From contig NC_073379.1 in the NCBI RefSeq assembly GCF_028641065.1, positions 21,886,001-21,950,000 of the forward strand: a DNA stretch of 64,000 nucleotides, written 5' to 3'. Of the stretch, positions 24,621 to 37,897 are shown one piece after another. The DNA is from Leucoraja erinacea. Taxonomy: Eukaryota. A model generated the notes under the pieces. It was not told the origin of the DNA, searched no databases, and saw nothing but the letters and a program-made list of their open reading frames with translations. A program made the position numbers and the translations under genes. The first letter of the stretch is position 1; each line of letters opens with the position of its first letter.

Positions 24621-25506
24621 AGTCAGGGAGGGGGGAGCTAGAGGTATGGAGGAGGTAACTTCACATACCTCATTTCCCCCTCCCTGACTCTCAGTCTGAT
24701 GAAGGGTCTCGACCCAAAACAGGTTCTGTACCTTCCCATACCTCTAGTTTCACCCTCCCTGACCATGTCTAATGAAGGCTCTCGATCTGAAACGTTTCAC
24801 CTTTTCATTTTCTCCTTTTGCTTGACCGGCTGAGTTACTCCAGCATTTTGTGTCTATCTTCAGTATAAACCAGCATCTGTGGTTCCTTCTTACACAGTGG
24901 TAGAACTTCCCGCTTTGGTACTGATGCAGTTCTAGGTTGAGCAAATTCCCTCATTGTCATGATGTGACACATAAAACATGGAACAGTGCAGCACAGTACA
25001 CACATAATGTCCAATAACGGACTTGAGTAGTTAAACTAATTCCCTCTGCCTGCACGTATTTCACATTCTTCCATTCCCTGCATATCCTTGTGCCTATGTG
25101 AAAACTTCACAAACGCCACTATATGCCTCAACCACCACCCTTGGCAATGTGTTCCAGGCACTCACCACCCTCTGCGGTGTTAAAAAAAACTTGCCCTGTA
25201 CATCACGTTTGAACTTTGCCCCTTTCATCTGTTACATGAGCTCATTGTGAAATTTATAAATCTATAAACAATTCCTCCACAGACAGTTAATTCCTTTAGG
25301 TATTAGTCCGTGAGTCATTACATTTCAGGAAGTTCCCTGCGCTTGCATGAACTTCCCCCACATTTAACCTCAAATTTAAAACTAGTTTTGCTAGTTTCCA
25401 AACAAGTATGTAACATACAAGGAATTTCATTGGCCAGGTCAGTCATACAATTAAAAGCAACAGATCACTCAAAAACACATTTTAACATGAACATCAACCA
25501 CAGTGA

Positions 25507-25693
25507 AGGGCCTGTCCCACTTGGGCGTAATTTGCGCGTCACGACACACAACGCGTGCATTACACGTGCATGGTGTGTGGTGACGTAAGCAGTGACGTGC
25601 GGTCACGCGTGCTGCCCCAGGATTTTGGGATGTACAAAATCTTTGCGCGACATCTGCGTAACGCGCAAATGACGCCCAAGTGGGACAGGCCCT
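25507..25693. mobile_element. PIF/Harbinger-type MITE nested in a GC-rich repeat
   Basis: TIR AGGGCCTGTCCCACTTGGGCG / CGCCCAAGTGGGACAGGCCCT; 3-bp TSD TGA. Confidence 0.85.
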
Positions 25694-27081
25694 TGACTCC
25701 TCACATTCCTCACTGTGATGGAAGGCGAAATAAAGTTCAAGTCCTTCCCTTAGTTCTTCCTCGGTCGTGGGCCTCGAGCCCCCATTGACGGGACGATCTT
25801 GACTCCCATAGCCGGCGGCGTTCGGGCCCTCCACATCGAGGCAATCAGCTCCCGCATCGGGGGGATGTCAGCTCCCCGCGCCGGGCGATCAAACCTCGCC
25901 TCAAGACTGGTCGAACCTTCCGCAACGTTGGAGCTTCCCGACTAGCCTCTCCCAACTGAGATGGTAAAGTCTGCGGTGGCCGCGGTGGGAGTGATCCCAG
26001 GCAAGGGATCAGCTCCGATGTTAAGTCCACACCCCACGATAGGGCTCAAAGTCAGTCGGAGGAGGCTTCCAGCTCCATCGATGGTAGGCCGCAGAGCGCC
26101 CGGAGAATGTGATCCGAAAATTAATCACAACTCCGGCAAGGTAAGAACTTGAAAAAAAGTTTCCCCCGATCCCCTCCCTCTCCCCCCCACATAAAACAAA
26201 CCGAAGAACATTAAAACAAACTTTTAACACACTAAAAAATAACAAGAAGAATGAAAAAACAAACAGACTGCCGGCAAGGCAGCCATCGCCCCGGCACCCC
26301 TGATGAATAGATATTAGGTGAATCGAGGACCAAGTAAGTGACTCTGGGACCAGATGACATAGGTTTAAGGTGAAGGGGAAAAGATTTAATAGGAATCTGA
26401 GGGGTAACCTTTTCACACAAAGGGTGGTGGATGTATGGAATGAGCTGCCAGAGGAGGTAGTTGAGGCTGAGTCTATTGCAATGTTTAAGAAACAGACAGG
26501 TACATGGATAGGACAGGATTGGAGGGATTTGGACCAAACTCAGGCAGGTGGGAATAGTGTAGCTGGGACATGTTGGCCGATGTGGGCAAGTTGGCCGAAG
26601 GGCCTGTTTCTACACTGTATCACTCTATGACTCAACAACTTTCAGAAAAAATAAGCAGATGGTGACCACAGCAATTATGTTGCCAGAAGCTGAAATCTCC
26701 AGGTTACAATTAGTTGACCGAGGTGAACTAGACGTGGACTAAAAGCCCTAGCTCTGTTGCATCCTTCCTATCTTTATTCACAGAGCAAAGCACAAAATGC
26801 AGGAGGAACTCAGCGGGTCAGACAGCATCTGTGGAGGGATGGACAGACGATGTTTCGGGGCTGTAAAGACAAGGAACTGCAGATGCTGGTTTACAAAAAG
26901 AAGCCACAAAGTGCTGAAGTAATAATGCGGGTCAGGCAGCATCCCTGCGGTGCATGGATATGTGGCATTTCGGGCCAGGACCCGTCATCAAACAGCCTAT
27001 TCAGAAGTCCCAATCCCAAATGTCACATATTCACGTTCTCCAGAGATGCTGCTTCCGCTGAATTACTCCAGCGCTTTGTGA

Positions 27082-27119
27082 CAAAGATCCTATAGCAAAG
27101 CTTTGCTATAGGATCTTTG
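27082..27119. mobile_element. 38-bp perfectly palindromic hAT-type micro-MITE
   Basis: CAAAGATCCTATAGCAAAGCTTTGCTATAGGATCTTTG flanked by 8-bp TSD CTTTGTGA. Confidence 0.75.
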
Positions 27120-27137
27120 CTTTGTGATGTTTGGCAG

Positions 27138-27161
27138 CAAAGATCTTAGAGCGGATCTTTG
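27138..27161. mobile_element. 24-bp hAT-type micro-MITE
   Basis: CAAAGATC-TTAGAGCG-GATCTTTG flanked by 8-bp TSD TTTGGCAG. Confidence 0.75.
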
Positions 27162-28584
27162 TTTGGCAGGGCGGGGATTGCACGCAGCTCAGCTTCCTGG
27201 AGCCCGCGGAGAACGGAATTCCCCTCTGGGGATTCGGCCAAAGTGCCCGAGTCACAGCACACGCGTCTGATTCTGCTTTCCAACGCCAAGCGATAATAGA
27301 CGGGAATCTGCTGACCAAACTTAACACGTCCACGTCTCCTGATAACGCGGAATGCCATTATCCCCATTACCTTAATATTTTGCCCTGAGGGGTGGACTGT
27401 GGGCGTCCATGTTATGTATACCCCTCATGATTTTATAAACCTCCATTAGGTCACCCCTCAGCCTCCCATGTAGAAAACCCCAGCCTATCTATCCAGTCTC
27501 CAATGACACAAAAATGCCCTTCCTCCAACATTCACTATCTTCCGAGGGATTCTCCCCACGACACCAAGTTCCACAGAACAAAGTGAGCGAATATTACCGG
27601 GGATATGTTTCTCCATTCCTCTGCTAACGCTTGTTGGCCTCGTGTCTTTGAAGAATATTATTCCCTGGGAGTTGCCGAGGGGACAGATGAAATGGGGATC
27701 ACATTGACTCTCGGTCTGGCTAGATGACGATACCATACGATAGAACTTTATTTATCCCAGGAGGGAAATTGATCTGCCAACAGTCATTAAAACACAAGAT
27801 ACACGAAACATGAAATTAAAGTGACGATTGGAAAGGCTTGGGGGATGTGCAAAGATTGGAAGGGGGGGGGGGGGGGGGGGTCAGTCTCAGTCTACCCCAC
27901 GACATAAGGGGGAGGAGATGTAAAGTTTGATAGCCACAGGGAAGAAGGATCTTCCACTCGGATTTACCACTCGTGGGAGATAGGGTATATTTCCCATCAG
28001 AAGGGGTAGATAGCTGAGGCGAGCTAGTCTGAAGAAGGGTTTCGACACAAAAACGTCACCCATTCTTTCTCTCCAGAGATGCTGCCTGACCCGCTCAGAT
28101 ACTCTGGCATTTTGTGTCTATAGACGGCCAGATTACCCCGTCGAGCCGAAAGAAGTATAAAATTATGAGAGGCATAAATAGAGTCTGAACTTTGTTTCCC
28201 CAGTCGGGTAATGTCAATTGGATGCGGTGTGGGGGGTGGGGGGTAAACAGATGTGCAGGGCGAGATTTTGTTTTGTTTTTGCAAAGAGAGTGGTGCGTGC
28301 GTTGAAGGGGTGGTGGTGAAGCCAAATACGATATTGACAATGAAGGGGCTTTTAGATGGCACATGAATATACAGGGAATGGTGTGATATGAATCACGTGC
28401 GGACAGAGTAGTTTCCGTTATCTTGGTATCTTGAATGGGACAGGTATCAGAGGTTAAGGGGAGAAAGCAGGATAATGGGGTTAGGAGGGAGAGATAGATG
28501 GGCCGAATGGCCTAAGTACCCTTATTCCTCATGACTTTATGTATCATTTTCAGAGCAGACATTGTGGGCCGAAGGTCACTGTCC

Positions 28585-30415
28585 CCTCTGCCCTTCTGAT
28601 GGATATCATTGCAATAGCCGGTCCCAGCATCCTCGCCATCATCAACAATTCTCTGGCCACTGGCACTGTTCCTACCTGCTTCAAGCATGCGGTGGTCCAG
28701 CCTCTCCTGAAAAAACCTAACCTAGACCCCACCTTGCCCAGCAACTACAGACCTATTTCCAAACTGCATTTTTTTCAAAAAGTCCTTGAAAAGACAATTT
28801 TGTCAACATGCCTTATCTTCACCAAAATACCATCCTTGAAACTTTCCAATCAGGTTTCAGGGCCCACCACAGCACAGAGTCTACCTTGTTGAAGGTACAT
28901 AATGAACTACTTCCCACCATTGACTCCGGCTCCTTATCGACCTCAGCACAGCATTTGATAAAGTGGACCACACCATCCTAATTGGCCTTCTCCGGTACGG
29001 GATTGGTATTGATGGCATTGCCCTGAGCTGGTTCGTCTCCTACCTCAAAGATAGGAGTTTCTGTACAAACATAGGCAACTCTTTCTCCTCCCTAGCTAGC
29101 CTTTGCTGTGGGGTTCCACAAGGCTCCATCCTAGGCCCCATTCTCTTCTCTCTGTATATGTTCCCCTTCGGCCAAGTCATTCAAAGGCACAGCATTTCTT
29201 TCCACTGCTATGCAGACGATACCCAACTCTATCTCCCCCTGAAGCCCAACAACCGTTCTAATCTACTCAGCCTTATCCACTGCCTCGAGGATATAAAGTG
29301 TTGGATGGCTCAGAACTTCCTCCAACTAAACGAGAGTAAGTCTGAGGTCATCCTACTCGGCCCCTCTGACTCAATCAAAACGATAGCAGGCAGCCTTGGA
29401 AGCCTTACCCCATTACTCAAACCTCATGTCGAAAACCTTGGCGTGGTATTTGACTCCGTGATGAAATTTGACAAACAAGTCAATGCTGTGGTAAAAGCTA
29501 GCTTCTTCCAGCTTTCGACGATAGCTAAAATAAAACAATTTCTCCAATTTGATGACCTCAAAAAGATCATGGAATCTCTGGAATTCTCTGCCACAGAAGG
29601 TAGTTGCAGCCAGTTCATTGGCTATATTTAAGAGGGAGTTAGATGTGGCCCTTGTGGCTAAATGGATCAGGGGGTATGGAGAGAAGGCAGGTACAGGATA
29701 CTGAGTTGGATGATCAGCCATGATCATATTGAATGGTGGTACAGGCTCGAAGGGCCGAATGGCCTACTCCTGCACCTATTTTCTATGTTTCTATGTTTGT
29801 ATCATCCTCACATTTATCTCCTCCCACCTTGATTACTGCAATTCCCATTACACTGGCATCAGCCAATCTTCCCTGCAATGGTCCAAAACGCCGCAGCAAA
29901 ACTCCTGACGGGCACCCGAAAAAGGGACCACATCACACCGATTCTGGCCTCTCTCCACTGGCTCCCTGTGCGGTTCCGAATCAATTTCAAGCTCCTTCTA
30001 TGTAAACAAAGCCCTCAACGGGCTTGCCCCCACCTACATGAAAAATCTGCTAACCCACCACACCACCTCCAGGTCCCTCAGATCGGCCGACTTGGGGTTA
30101 CTGTCCATCCCAGGTCCAGACATAAGCTCAGGGCGACCGCGCTTTTGCGGTTGCAGCTCCTAAATTACGGAACAGCATCCCTCTTCCCATCAGAACTGCC
30201 CCCTCCATCGACTCTTTTAAGTCTAGACTTAAAACTTATTTCTACTCTCAAGCCTTTCTTGAGGTCCTCTTAGGGAGCGGTGTATGTATGTATCTATGTA
30301 TGTATTGTTGATCCATGTACCGCTGTTTGTAGCACGTTAGTGTCTGCACCAATGTAAAGCACTTTGGTCAACGAGAGTTGTTTTAAACGTGCTATGGAAA
30401 TAAAATTGACTTGAC
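28585..30415 (+). mobile_element. L2-clade LINE, 5'-truncated and frameshifted RT, with a CR1 fragment inserted at ~29569-29797
   Basis: NYRPISKL, GVPQGSILGPILF, YADDTQLY, WMAQNFLQLN and QNAAAKLL..HITPILASLHWLPV motifs. Confidence 0.88.
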
Positions 30416-30754
30416 AGCTTGACCCGTTCTAGTGCTGTGCTGTTCTATGCTGAACACAACGTAACTCAGCGGGCCAGGCAGCATCTCTGGGCGACATGGA
30501 TAAGGTGACGTTTCGGGTCGGGACCCTTCCTCAGTCAGTACTGTTCTGTGTCCAATGAAAGTGACTGCACACCACCCCCTGGGTATTATAATATAACTAC
30601 AACGAGCCGCGGACCGGGAAGAGGCGCCGATCCTCCGCCAGTGGCGAATGTGGAGGGAGATTGTATCTAGGCGATCTCTGAGGAGAAGGCTCGGCACTCA
30701 CCTCCCTCCCTCCACCCTCGGCCCTCACCTCCAGCTCCCCCCCGGAACCAGTGC

Positions 30755-30848
30755 GGGGCGGAGCCTTCTATGGTTCCCCGAGATTTGGTACTGCTGGCGC
30801 GGAAAGTACAACAGTCTCACTTTCACTTCTGCGACTAAGGAGGAAGCG
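30755..30848 (+). promoter_or_regulatory. Proximal promoter/5'UTR of the Siglec-15-like gene: GC box, IRF-E/ISRE-like element, GAGGAA ETS core
   Basis: GGGGCGGAG at 30755-30763; CTCACTTTCACTTCT at 30816-30830 (reverse complement AGAAGTGAAAGTGAG); GAGGAAG at ~30840. Confidence 0.5.
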
Positions 30849-30899
30849 ATGCGTTTTTCTGCTCGATCCGGCCTTCGAGGCAGCGTGCCCGGCGTGAGG

Positions 30900-30957
30900 A
30901 TGGTGTCCCGCTCCCTCTTGGTCTTCTTGTTGCTGTTATCGGCGGTCGCTGTCTCCG
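30900..30957 (+). CDS. Siglec-15-like exon 1 (signal peptide)
   Basis: MVSRSLLVFLLLLSAVAVS with a phase-1 donor GTAATG; an alternative in-frame ATG lies at 30849. Confidence 0.85.
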
Positions 30958-32670
30958 GTAATGTCCCGTTCCCTTCTCTCCATCGCAGGCTAACGGCTGG
31001 GCTCGGTCCGGGTTAGGTCAACCGACCCACAAGACTAGGGGATCCTTGGCTAGCTACCTCTCTCTCTCTCTCTCTCTCAGACGCTCAACCATTTTACAAT
31101 CCTGTCATATCGTTTTCCATTTAGAGGACTGTACCGAGTTCAATGTATTAGTAAACGCTGCAAACTTTCGGCGGCTTAAAAAGTGTGCCATGGGTCTGAA
31201 GAAGGGTCTCTACCCGAAACCTCACCTATTCATGTTCTCCAGAGATGCTGTCTGGCCTGCTGAGTTATTCCAGCACTTGGTGTCTTTTTTAAGAATTGTT
31301 ATTGCTCCAGTGTCAGTCCCGTGGCAATTAAACACTGCATCACTCATCTCTTACTACCATCAGTCTGAACAAGGGCCCTGACCCGAAATGTCACCTATCC
31401 ACGTCTGCCAGCGATGCTGCCTGAACCGCTGAGTTATACTACTTTAAACTCCTTTAAGATCTCACCTCACCGCGTTTCCTGTTCCTTCTGAGACAGGAAG
31501 GTAGACAGCGAGAAATTATGTATCCTCTGGCTTTGGAGAGGTGAAAAAGTAAGTTCAGTTGAGAAACAAGAATTCCAAAATTATGCATTGAAGGGATCAG
31601 ACAGTCAGAACGTGTTTTTTTCCCCCAGGGTGGAAATATCAAAGACTAGAGGTGAGAGGAGCAAAGTTTAAAGGAGATGTGTGGGGCAAGTTTTTTTTTA
31701 TACTGAGGGTGATGAGTGCCTGGATCACACTGCTGGGGGTGGTGGTGGAGGTAGATGCGGTAGTGGTGGTTAAGATACTTTTTTTTTTGACAGGATAGAC
31801 ACATGGAGAGGCAGGGAGTGGAGGGATATGAATGATGTGCAGACAGAGGAGATTAATTTAACAGCAACATGTTCACCACAGACATTGTGAATATAAGGGT
31901 CCGTTTCTGTGCCCTTCTGTTCTCTGTTAAAAGTGTTGCAAAATTCGAAGTCTCTTCCCTCTGTCATCTCCCTCTGTATCTCTCTCTGCTTTTTGCTCAT
32001 TATTGTCTTCCCTTTATGTCTCTCTTTTCTTTCTCTCTCCCGCTGTCTCCCCGTCATTCTCTCGTTTTTTCTCTGTCTCTGTTTATCCCCCTGTTTCTGT
32101 TTTTTTGTTTCTTTCTCTCTCTCTCTCTGTTTCTTTCCCCCGCTGTGCTGAAATGGGGCTCAGTGGTGCTGTGCTGTTCCAGTGTTCTGTGTTCTAAGAT
32201 CTAAATGGTTTGTGAGGGGAATTATGGTGAGAGCCGGAGGGAAAATCCTTTCCTCAAGAGAGTCGCTGGCCGAATGATTTCAGTCCCCCCGGGTGGGCGG
32301 TGATGATGTGGATTGGAATTTGTGGGGGGTTCCCGCCTGTACATACCTTGTGATAACTGACTCCCAGTCATTCACCGGGGCTGGCTGATGAGTAAAGTGC
32401 ACTACATGTGGCGTCAGCTGTCCATCATGAGATCATCACAACTTCCCTTTGATTCATTCTTTCACTGTGTCGTTTATGACTCGTGTACAATGCGACAGCC
32501 CAGAAACAGACCCATTGACCTACCGAGTCCATGTTGTCCACATTGCCTATCTACACTCAATCCTTTGCCGCCGAGAACAAACAGGGTCAACCGGGACTCT
32601 AATTAGTACTTTGTAACCTTGTTGGCACTGGATACGTGGTGACTATTTGCGCGCTATGTGTATTGTAGCA

Positions 32671-34196
32671 ATGTTACAAAATTTTGAGATAAAAAAAATC
32701 AAGTCTTTAAGTTATCCCATCAGATAAAGCATAAAAAGAAGTTTAATTTGACACCTAATTCACTTGCATATGGAGAGTCATGGAGAGTCATGGAGTGACA
32801 CAGTGTGGAAACGGCCCCTTCGGCCCAACTCGCCCACACCGGCCAACAATGTCCCAGCTACACTAGTCTCACTTCCCTGCGCTTAGTCCATAACCCCCCA
32901 AAACTGTCCTATCCATGTAATTGTGTAACTGTTTCTTAAACGATGGGATAGTCCCAGCCTCAACTACCTCATCTGGCAGCTTGTTCCATTCACCCACCAC
33001 TTTTGTGTGAAAAGGTTACCCCTCAGGTTCCTATTAAATCTTTTCCCCTTCACCTTGAACCTTGGTCCTCTGGTCTTCGATTCTCATACGCTGGGCAAAA
33101 GACTCTGTGCATCTATCCGATCTCTTCCTCTCACGATTTTGTATGTCTCTATAAGATCTCCCCTCATCCTCCTGCACTCCATGGAATAGAGACCCAGCCT
33201 CCTCAACCTCTCCCTATAGATCACACCCTCTCGTATATATATATATCTTCTGTATTAAAAAGGTTATGGCCATTTTCATACTCGGAAATAAGCATCTTGT
33301 TCCCTATTGATTTTCCATTGGCTTAACACAAAAGCTGTGATCGAGAACATTTAAAAGCCGATAACTTTCTTAAAATTTAAGAGAACTGAAAGAAATTTTC
33401 AGTTATTGTAGATTGATCCATTCTGAAACAAATATGAAACAATCTTACTTAGATGACTTGAAATTAAAGCATATAATTAGTTAGTTGCCTAATTGTAGCT
33501 AATTACAAAATTCAATTACTAGATCTAAACATCTATCCATTTCTTAAGAATAGATTAACATTTTTAAATAGCCTAAGTGTCCAAATAACATTCACACAAT
33601 AATTCAGAATATAACATAATTTTTAAATCTCATTGTCATGGGTTTATAGGCCAAATGGAAAGAATTTAATGTTTAATACCTGTAAATTAATGGCCATTTA
33701 AATCAGCTTGCGAGTAGGATTTTCTGGAACGGGACCATTTGGAACGTTCAGGATGCGGTGAATTTAGCCCCCATATCGGCAGCAAATACACTGCCAGTTC
33801 TTCGGGGAGAAAAATACCGTTTTGCAACATAAAATGTGAATTAAATACATCTTAAGAAACACTTTTATACATAAAAATAAACTACTTTCTTTTTACCTGG
33901 TCCTCCATAAAATCCGTCCCAGTTGTCGGCATTGATGGCTTCAGAAGCTGATTTTAAAATCATTCCAGCGATTAACTTGTCGGGTGAATTTTTTTTAAAA
34001 AACACACAGAATGGCTGTAGGAACAATTCTTTAGCAACATCTTGCACTCCAACAAAAATGTAATTCAGGACCAGGTCGGAAAAAAACCCCGTTTTAACCC
34101 CGCCCGTCCCCCCCCCCCCCCCCCTTAAACGCGCCCAAATCGCGCACACGGCCAGCGGCAGAATTGCAGCGCCGCTGAAGGTAAGTTTTGTAACAT
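32671..34196. mobile_element. Putative non-autonomous DNA transposon with short TIR, CR1 fragment nested at ~32772-33230
   Basis: ATGTTACAAAA ... TTTTGTAACAT termini; no clear TSD, superfamily not assigned. Confidence 0.45.
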
Positions 34197-34943
34197 ACCT
34201 ATGTATTGTATGCACAAACAAAGAATTTCACTGTACCTTGGTACATGTGACAATAATGCATCATTGATCTTGGTGCATTGGGCTCATACCGTTAAGATAA
34301 AGGGTGATTGTTTAGTTTAGTTTAGTGATACAGTGTGGAAACAGGCCCATTGGTCCACCAAGTCCAACTCCAACGAGCTATCAAAGGTACGCTAGTTTTA
34401 TCCCACATACTAGGGACAATTTACAGAAGGCAATTAACCTACAAGTCTTTTGAATATGCGAGAAACCTGGAGCACCCGGGAAAAACCCACGGGGTCACAG
34501 GTAGAATGTAAAAACTCCACACTGACAGCGTCCATACTCAGGATCAAACTTGCGCTGTAAGGCAGATCCTTCTTCAGACTTTGGCCCGCCAAGTCTGCGT
34601 CGACCCGCGATCACCCCGTACACTAGCACTATCCTACACACCAGGGGCAATTTACAATTTCACCAAAGTGGTACGTCTTTGGAGTGTGGGAGAAAACCGG
34701 AGCACATGGAGAATACCCACGCAGGTCACGGGTAAAACGTACAAACTTCATACAGACAGCACCCGTAGTCAGGATTGAACCCGGGTCTCTGGCACTGCCA
34801 TGCAGCAAATCTACCACCGACCCCTATGTCGCCACTGGCATTGTATTCTCTTTTGCGTTGGAGGCTTTTGATTTCCAGACGGATTTGATACAGTGATGTA
34901 GATTGTCGGATAGACCATTCTTTGACTCTCTCTCTTCCCGCAG

Positions 34944-35351
34944 GAGGCATGGGGGAGCCGGTGGCCGTGTTAGTGCATGTCCGGGACAGGGTGACCAGTA
35001 CTGTCGGAAGCTCCGTGGTATTGCCCTGCAATTTCAAATCCGACTACTCCGACTACACGACCATGGACATTACTGTCATCTGGAAGGTGAAGGTGTTTTA
35101 CACCGGCTCGGTTTTGTTCAACGTGACCAACAGGAGCAATGGCGGCAAGGACTTCGTGGACGAAGTTCACACAAATGTCAATGGCCGCTACAAACTGGCC
35201 GGGGACCCGAGGCAGAGGGTCGCCTCGCTGGAGGTGGAGAATGTTACACTGGGTGACAGCGATCAATACTTCTGCCGCGTCGAAATCAAACGCCAGGGAT
35301 TACGCGCGTTCATGCACGAGTCCAACCCTGGAGTCACCCTGGAAATTATAG
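34944..35351 (+). CDS. Siglec-15-like exon 2 (V-set Ig domain)
   Basis: Acceptor cccgcAG, donor GTAAAA, phase 1/1; VVLPCNF..IW..GRYKLAGDPR..ASLEVENVTLGDSDQYFCRVE with the F-strand Arg. Confidence 0.92.
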
Positions 35352-37513
35352 GTAAAAACCACAAGCACCACTCAGTTTACCACTGTCTCTGTCAGTTTAT
35401 CTCTCCCCTCTATTTATTGCTTTTGTCTCTCCTCTTGTCAGTCTCTCTGTTGGTCCCTCTCTCTATTTCTGTTGTATTGTCCCCATCCTCTTTTCGCTCT
35501 CTCTTACCCTTTCTTATACTGCTCCTATAAGTCTCTCCTGCTTTCAGACTCGCTTTCCCATCTGTGTAAGAAGGAATTGCATAAGACATACAATTAGAAG
35601 TAGGCCATTCGGCCCATCCGGTCTACTGCGCCATTCAATCATAACATTGACCATGTGGGTTTTCTCCGGATGCTCCTACCACACTCCAAAGATGTGCCAC
35701 TTTGGTTAAATTGTAAATTGTCCATGGTATGTTTTTCCCTCTCAACCTCATTCTCCTGCCTTCGCCACAAAACCTCTGATGCCCTTCCTAATCAAGAAGC
35801 TATCAATCAGCTACCCAATAACTTGGCCTCCACAAGCAATGAATTCCACAGATTCACCACCGTCTGGCTAAAGACAGTGGTGCATGTGACAATAAATGTG
35901 AACTTGAACTTGAACTTCAACTTGAAGAAGTTCCTCCTCACCTCCATCCTAAAGGTACCACTTTTTATTCTGAGGCTGTGTCCTCTGGTTCTGGCCTCTC
36001 CCCTTATCGGAAACATCCATTCCATGTCCACTCTATCTAGGAATTTCATTATATGTTAGATATCAATGAGGCACCACCTCACCCTTCTAAAAATCCAGCA
36101 AGTACAGGCCCAAAGTCTTTAAAGGCTCCACATGAGCTCCTCAAAGCTGAGAATGGAAAGAACGCTTCCTCCACCATCAGACATTAGTAATCTAGACTGA
36201 GTTCATCAACAATCCATTTGTTTCATGGTCATAAATGGCTTTTTAGTCCAGATTTAATTAATTAACAATTTCAATTTCTCAGCAGCCAGGGTGATGTTGA
36301 ACTAATGTCAATAGAGCCAGTGAAGACAGGGGGCTGGAGTAGCTCAGCGGGTCAGGCGGCATCTGTGGAGAACATCACAGGAGGGAGCCGTGAGAGAAGG
36401 AATCACAGAACTGTTGGATAGAGGAGGAGAATTTCTTCATAGACATACCCCGAGGAGATTTCACAGTGGAGCAGTGAAATATAGAAATAAGGAGTTGCAG
36501 ATGCTGGTTTACAAAAGAAGACACAGATCACTGGAGTAAATCCCCAGGTCAGATGGTCTGACCCACTGAGCCACTGCAACACTTTGTCTCTCAGTAGAGC
36601 AAGTCTCTGATCCTTTGCTTCTGCATCAGTGATGTCCACCTCACTAACTTCCCCCGTCTTGTATCTAGTCACTCACACAGGAATGTTTGTGGTTCCATAA
36701 CCTTATCAATATATGGAATAGGAATACTTTATTGTTACATGTGACTAGGCACAGTGAGAATCTTTGCTGCATAACCAATGAATGTAAATACACTGACCAA
36801 GTTACAAAGCATGCCGGCTCCTCCAAAAGGATGGGGTGAAAGGTGAGGACTATGGGGACACTGTCCCTGTTGCGACTGGGGGGGGAGGGGGAGCAAGAGT
36901 GGAGCTGCGGGATAATGAAGAGACACATGTGATGGCCTCATCTATGATGGAAGAGGAGAATCCCTGTTCCCTGAAGAATGAGGACCTCGGACGTCCTGGT
37001 ATGGAACACCTCATCTTGGGCACATATGCGACATAGACAGAGGAATTGGATAGAGTCTTTGGAGGAGGCAGGGTGGGAAGAAGTGTAGTTCAGATCGTTG
37101 TGGGAGATGGTGGGTTTATAATAGATGTCAGTCGACTGTCTGGCTCCAGTAATGGAGACGGTGAGATCCAGAAAGGGGAGGGAGGTCAGAGATAACTACC
37201 AGCACGTTCCATACACCCACCTCCCTCTGTGTACATAAGTTGCCCCTCAGGTTCCTATTAAATCGTTCCCCTGTAACCTTAAACTGATGGTGGATGAGGC
37301 ATCAGTTGTATGCTGCATCTGCCACACTTCTGTGCTGAAGTGTCAGCCTCAATAATGAGCTTAATTCTCTTGTGTTCTGTAACTTCCCTTTCTTTGAGCT
37401 CTAGTTTTGGTCACTTGCTTGTTCCCACATCCACGGGTTCCTGTTTAATAAACCAACCCCACCACAGAACATTGCAACTTCCTTTAACCTTTGCTTTGAT
37501 TCTTTGTTCCCAG

Positions 37514-37897
37514 GCTCACCCATCATCCTCCGGGTATCTGTTAAAGCCATTAATACCACGCAGCCTATTGTGCAGTGCCTGGCAGAGGGACAACCCTTCC
37601 CGAAAATCATATGGATTGATCCCCAAAATAACAAGCTTCCTGCGAACAGCAGCGACACCTCAGTAACGTCGGGGCCGGGGAAGTATCAGATCTTGGGAGA
37701 ACTGCGTAACCCAAAGTTTGGGGGGACCTACACATGTGTGGTGGTCAGTGACCAAGGAAACAGCAGCCGATCTATCTATCTGCCCAGCAAGGGGCAAGTC
37801 CGGCATCTGCTGCTTTACATCATTGGGATCCTAGTTGGAAGTGTCATTCTGGTTATCCTGGTTGTTATTCTCTTACTGATGCAGAGGAGAAAGAGAG
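37514..37897 (+). CDS. Siglec-15-like exon 3 (C2-set Ig domain plus transmembrane helix)
   Basis: Acceptor ttcccAG, donor GTGAGT, phase 1/1; PIILRVSV..CLAEGQPFP.I.W..GTYTC..G.S..SIYL followed by a hydrophobic TM and RRKR. Confidence 0.92.

Noticed and set aside
31770-32204. Hydrophobic or charged ORFs in Siglec-like intron 1
   Set aside because: Derived from CT-rich simple sequence.
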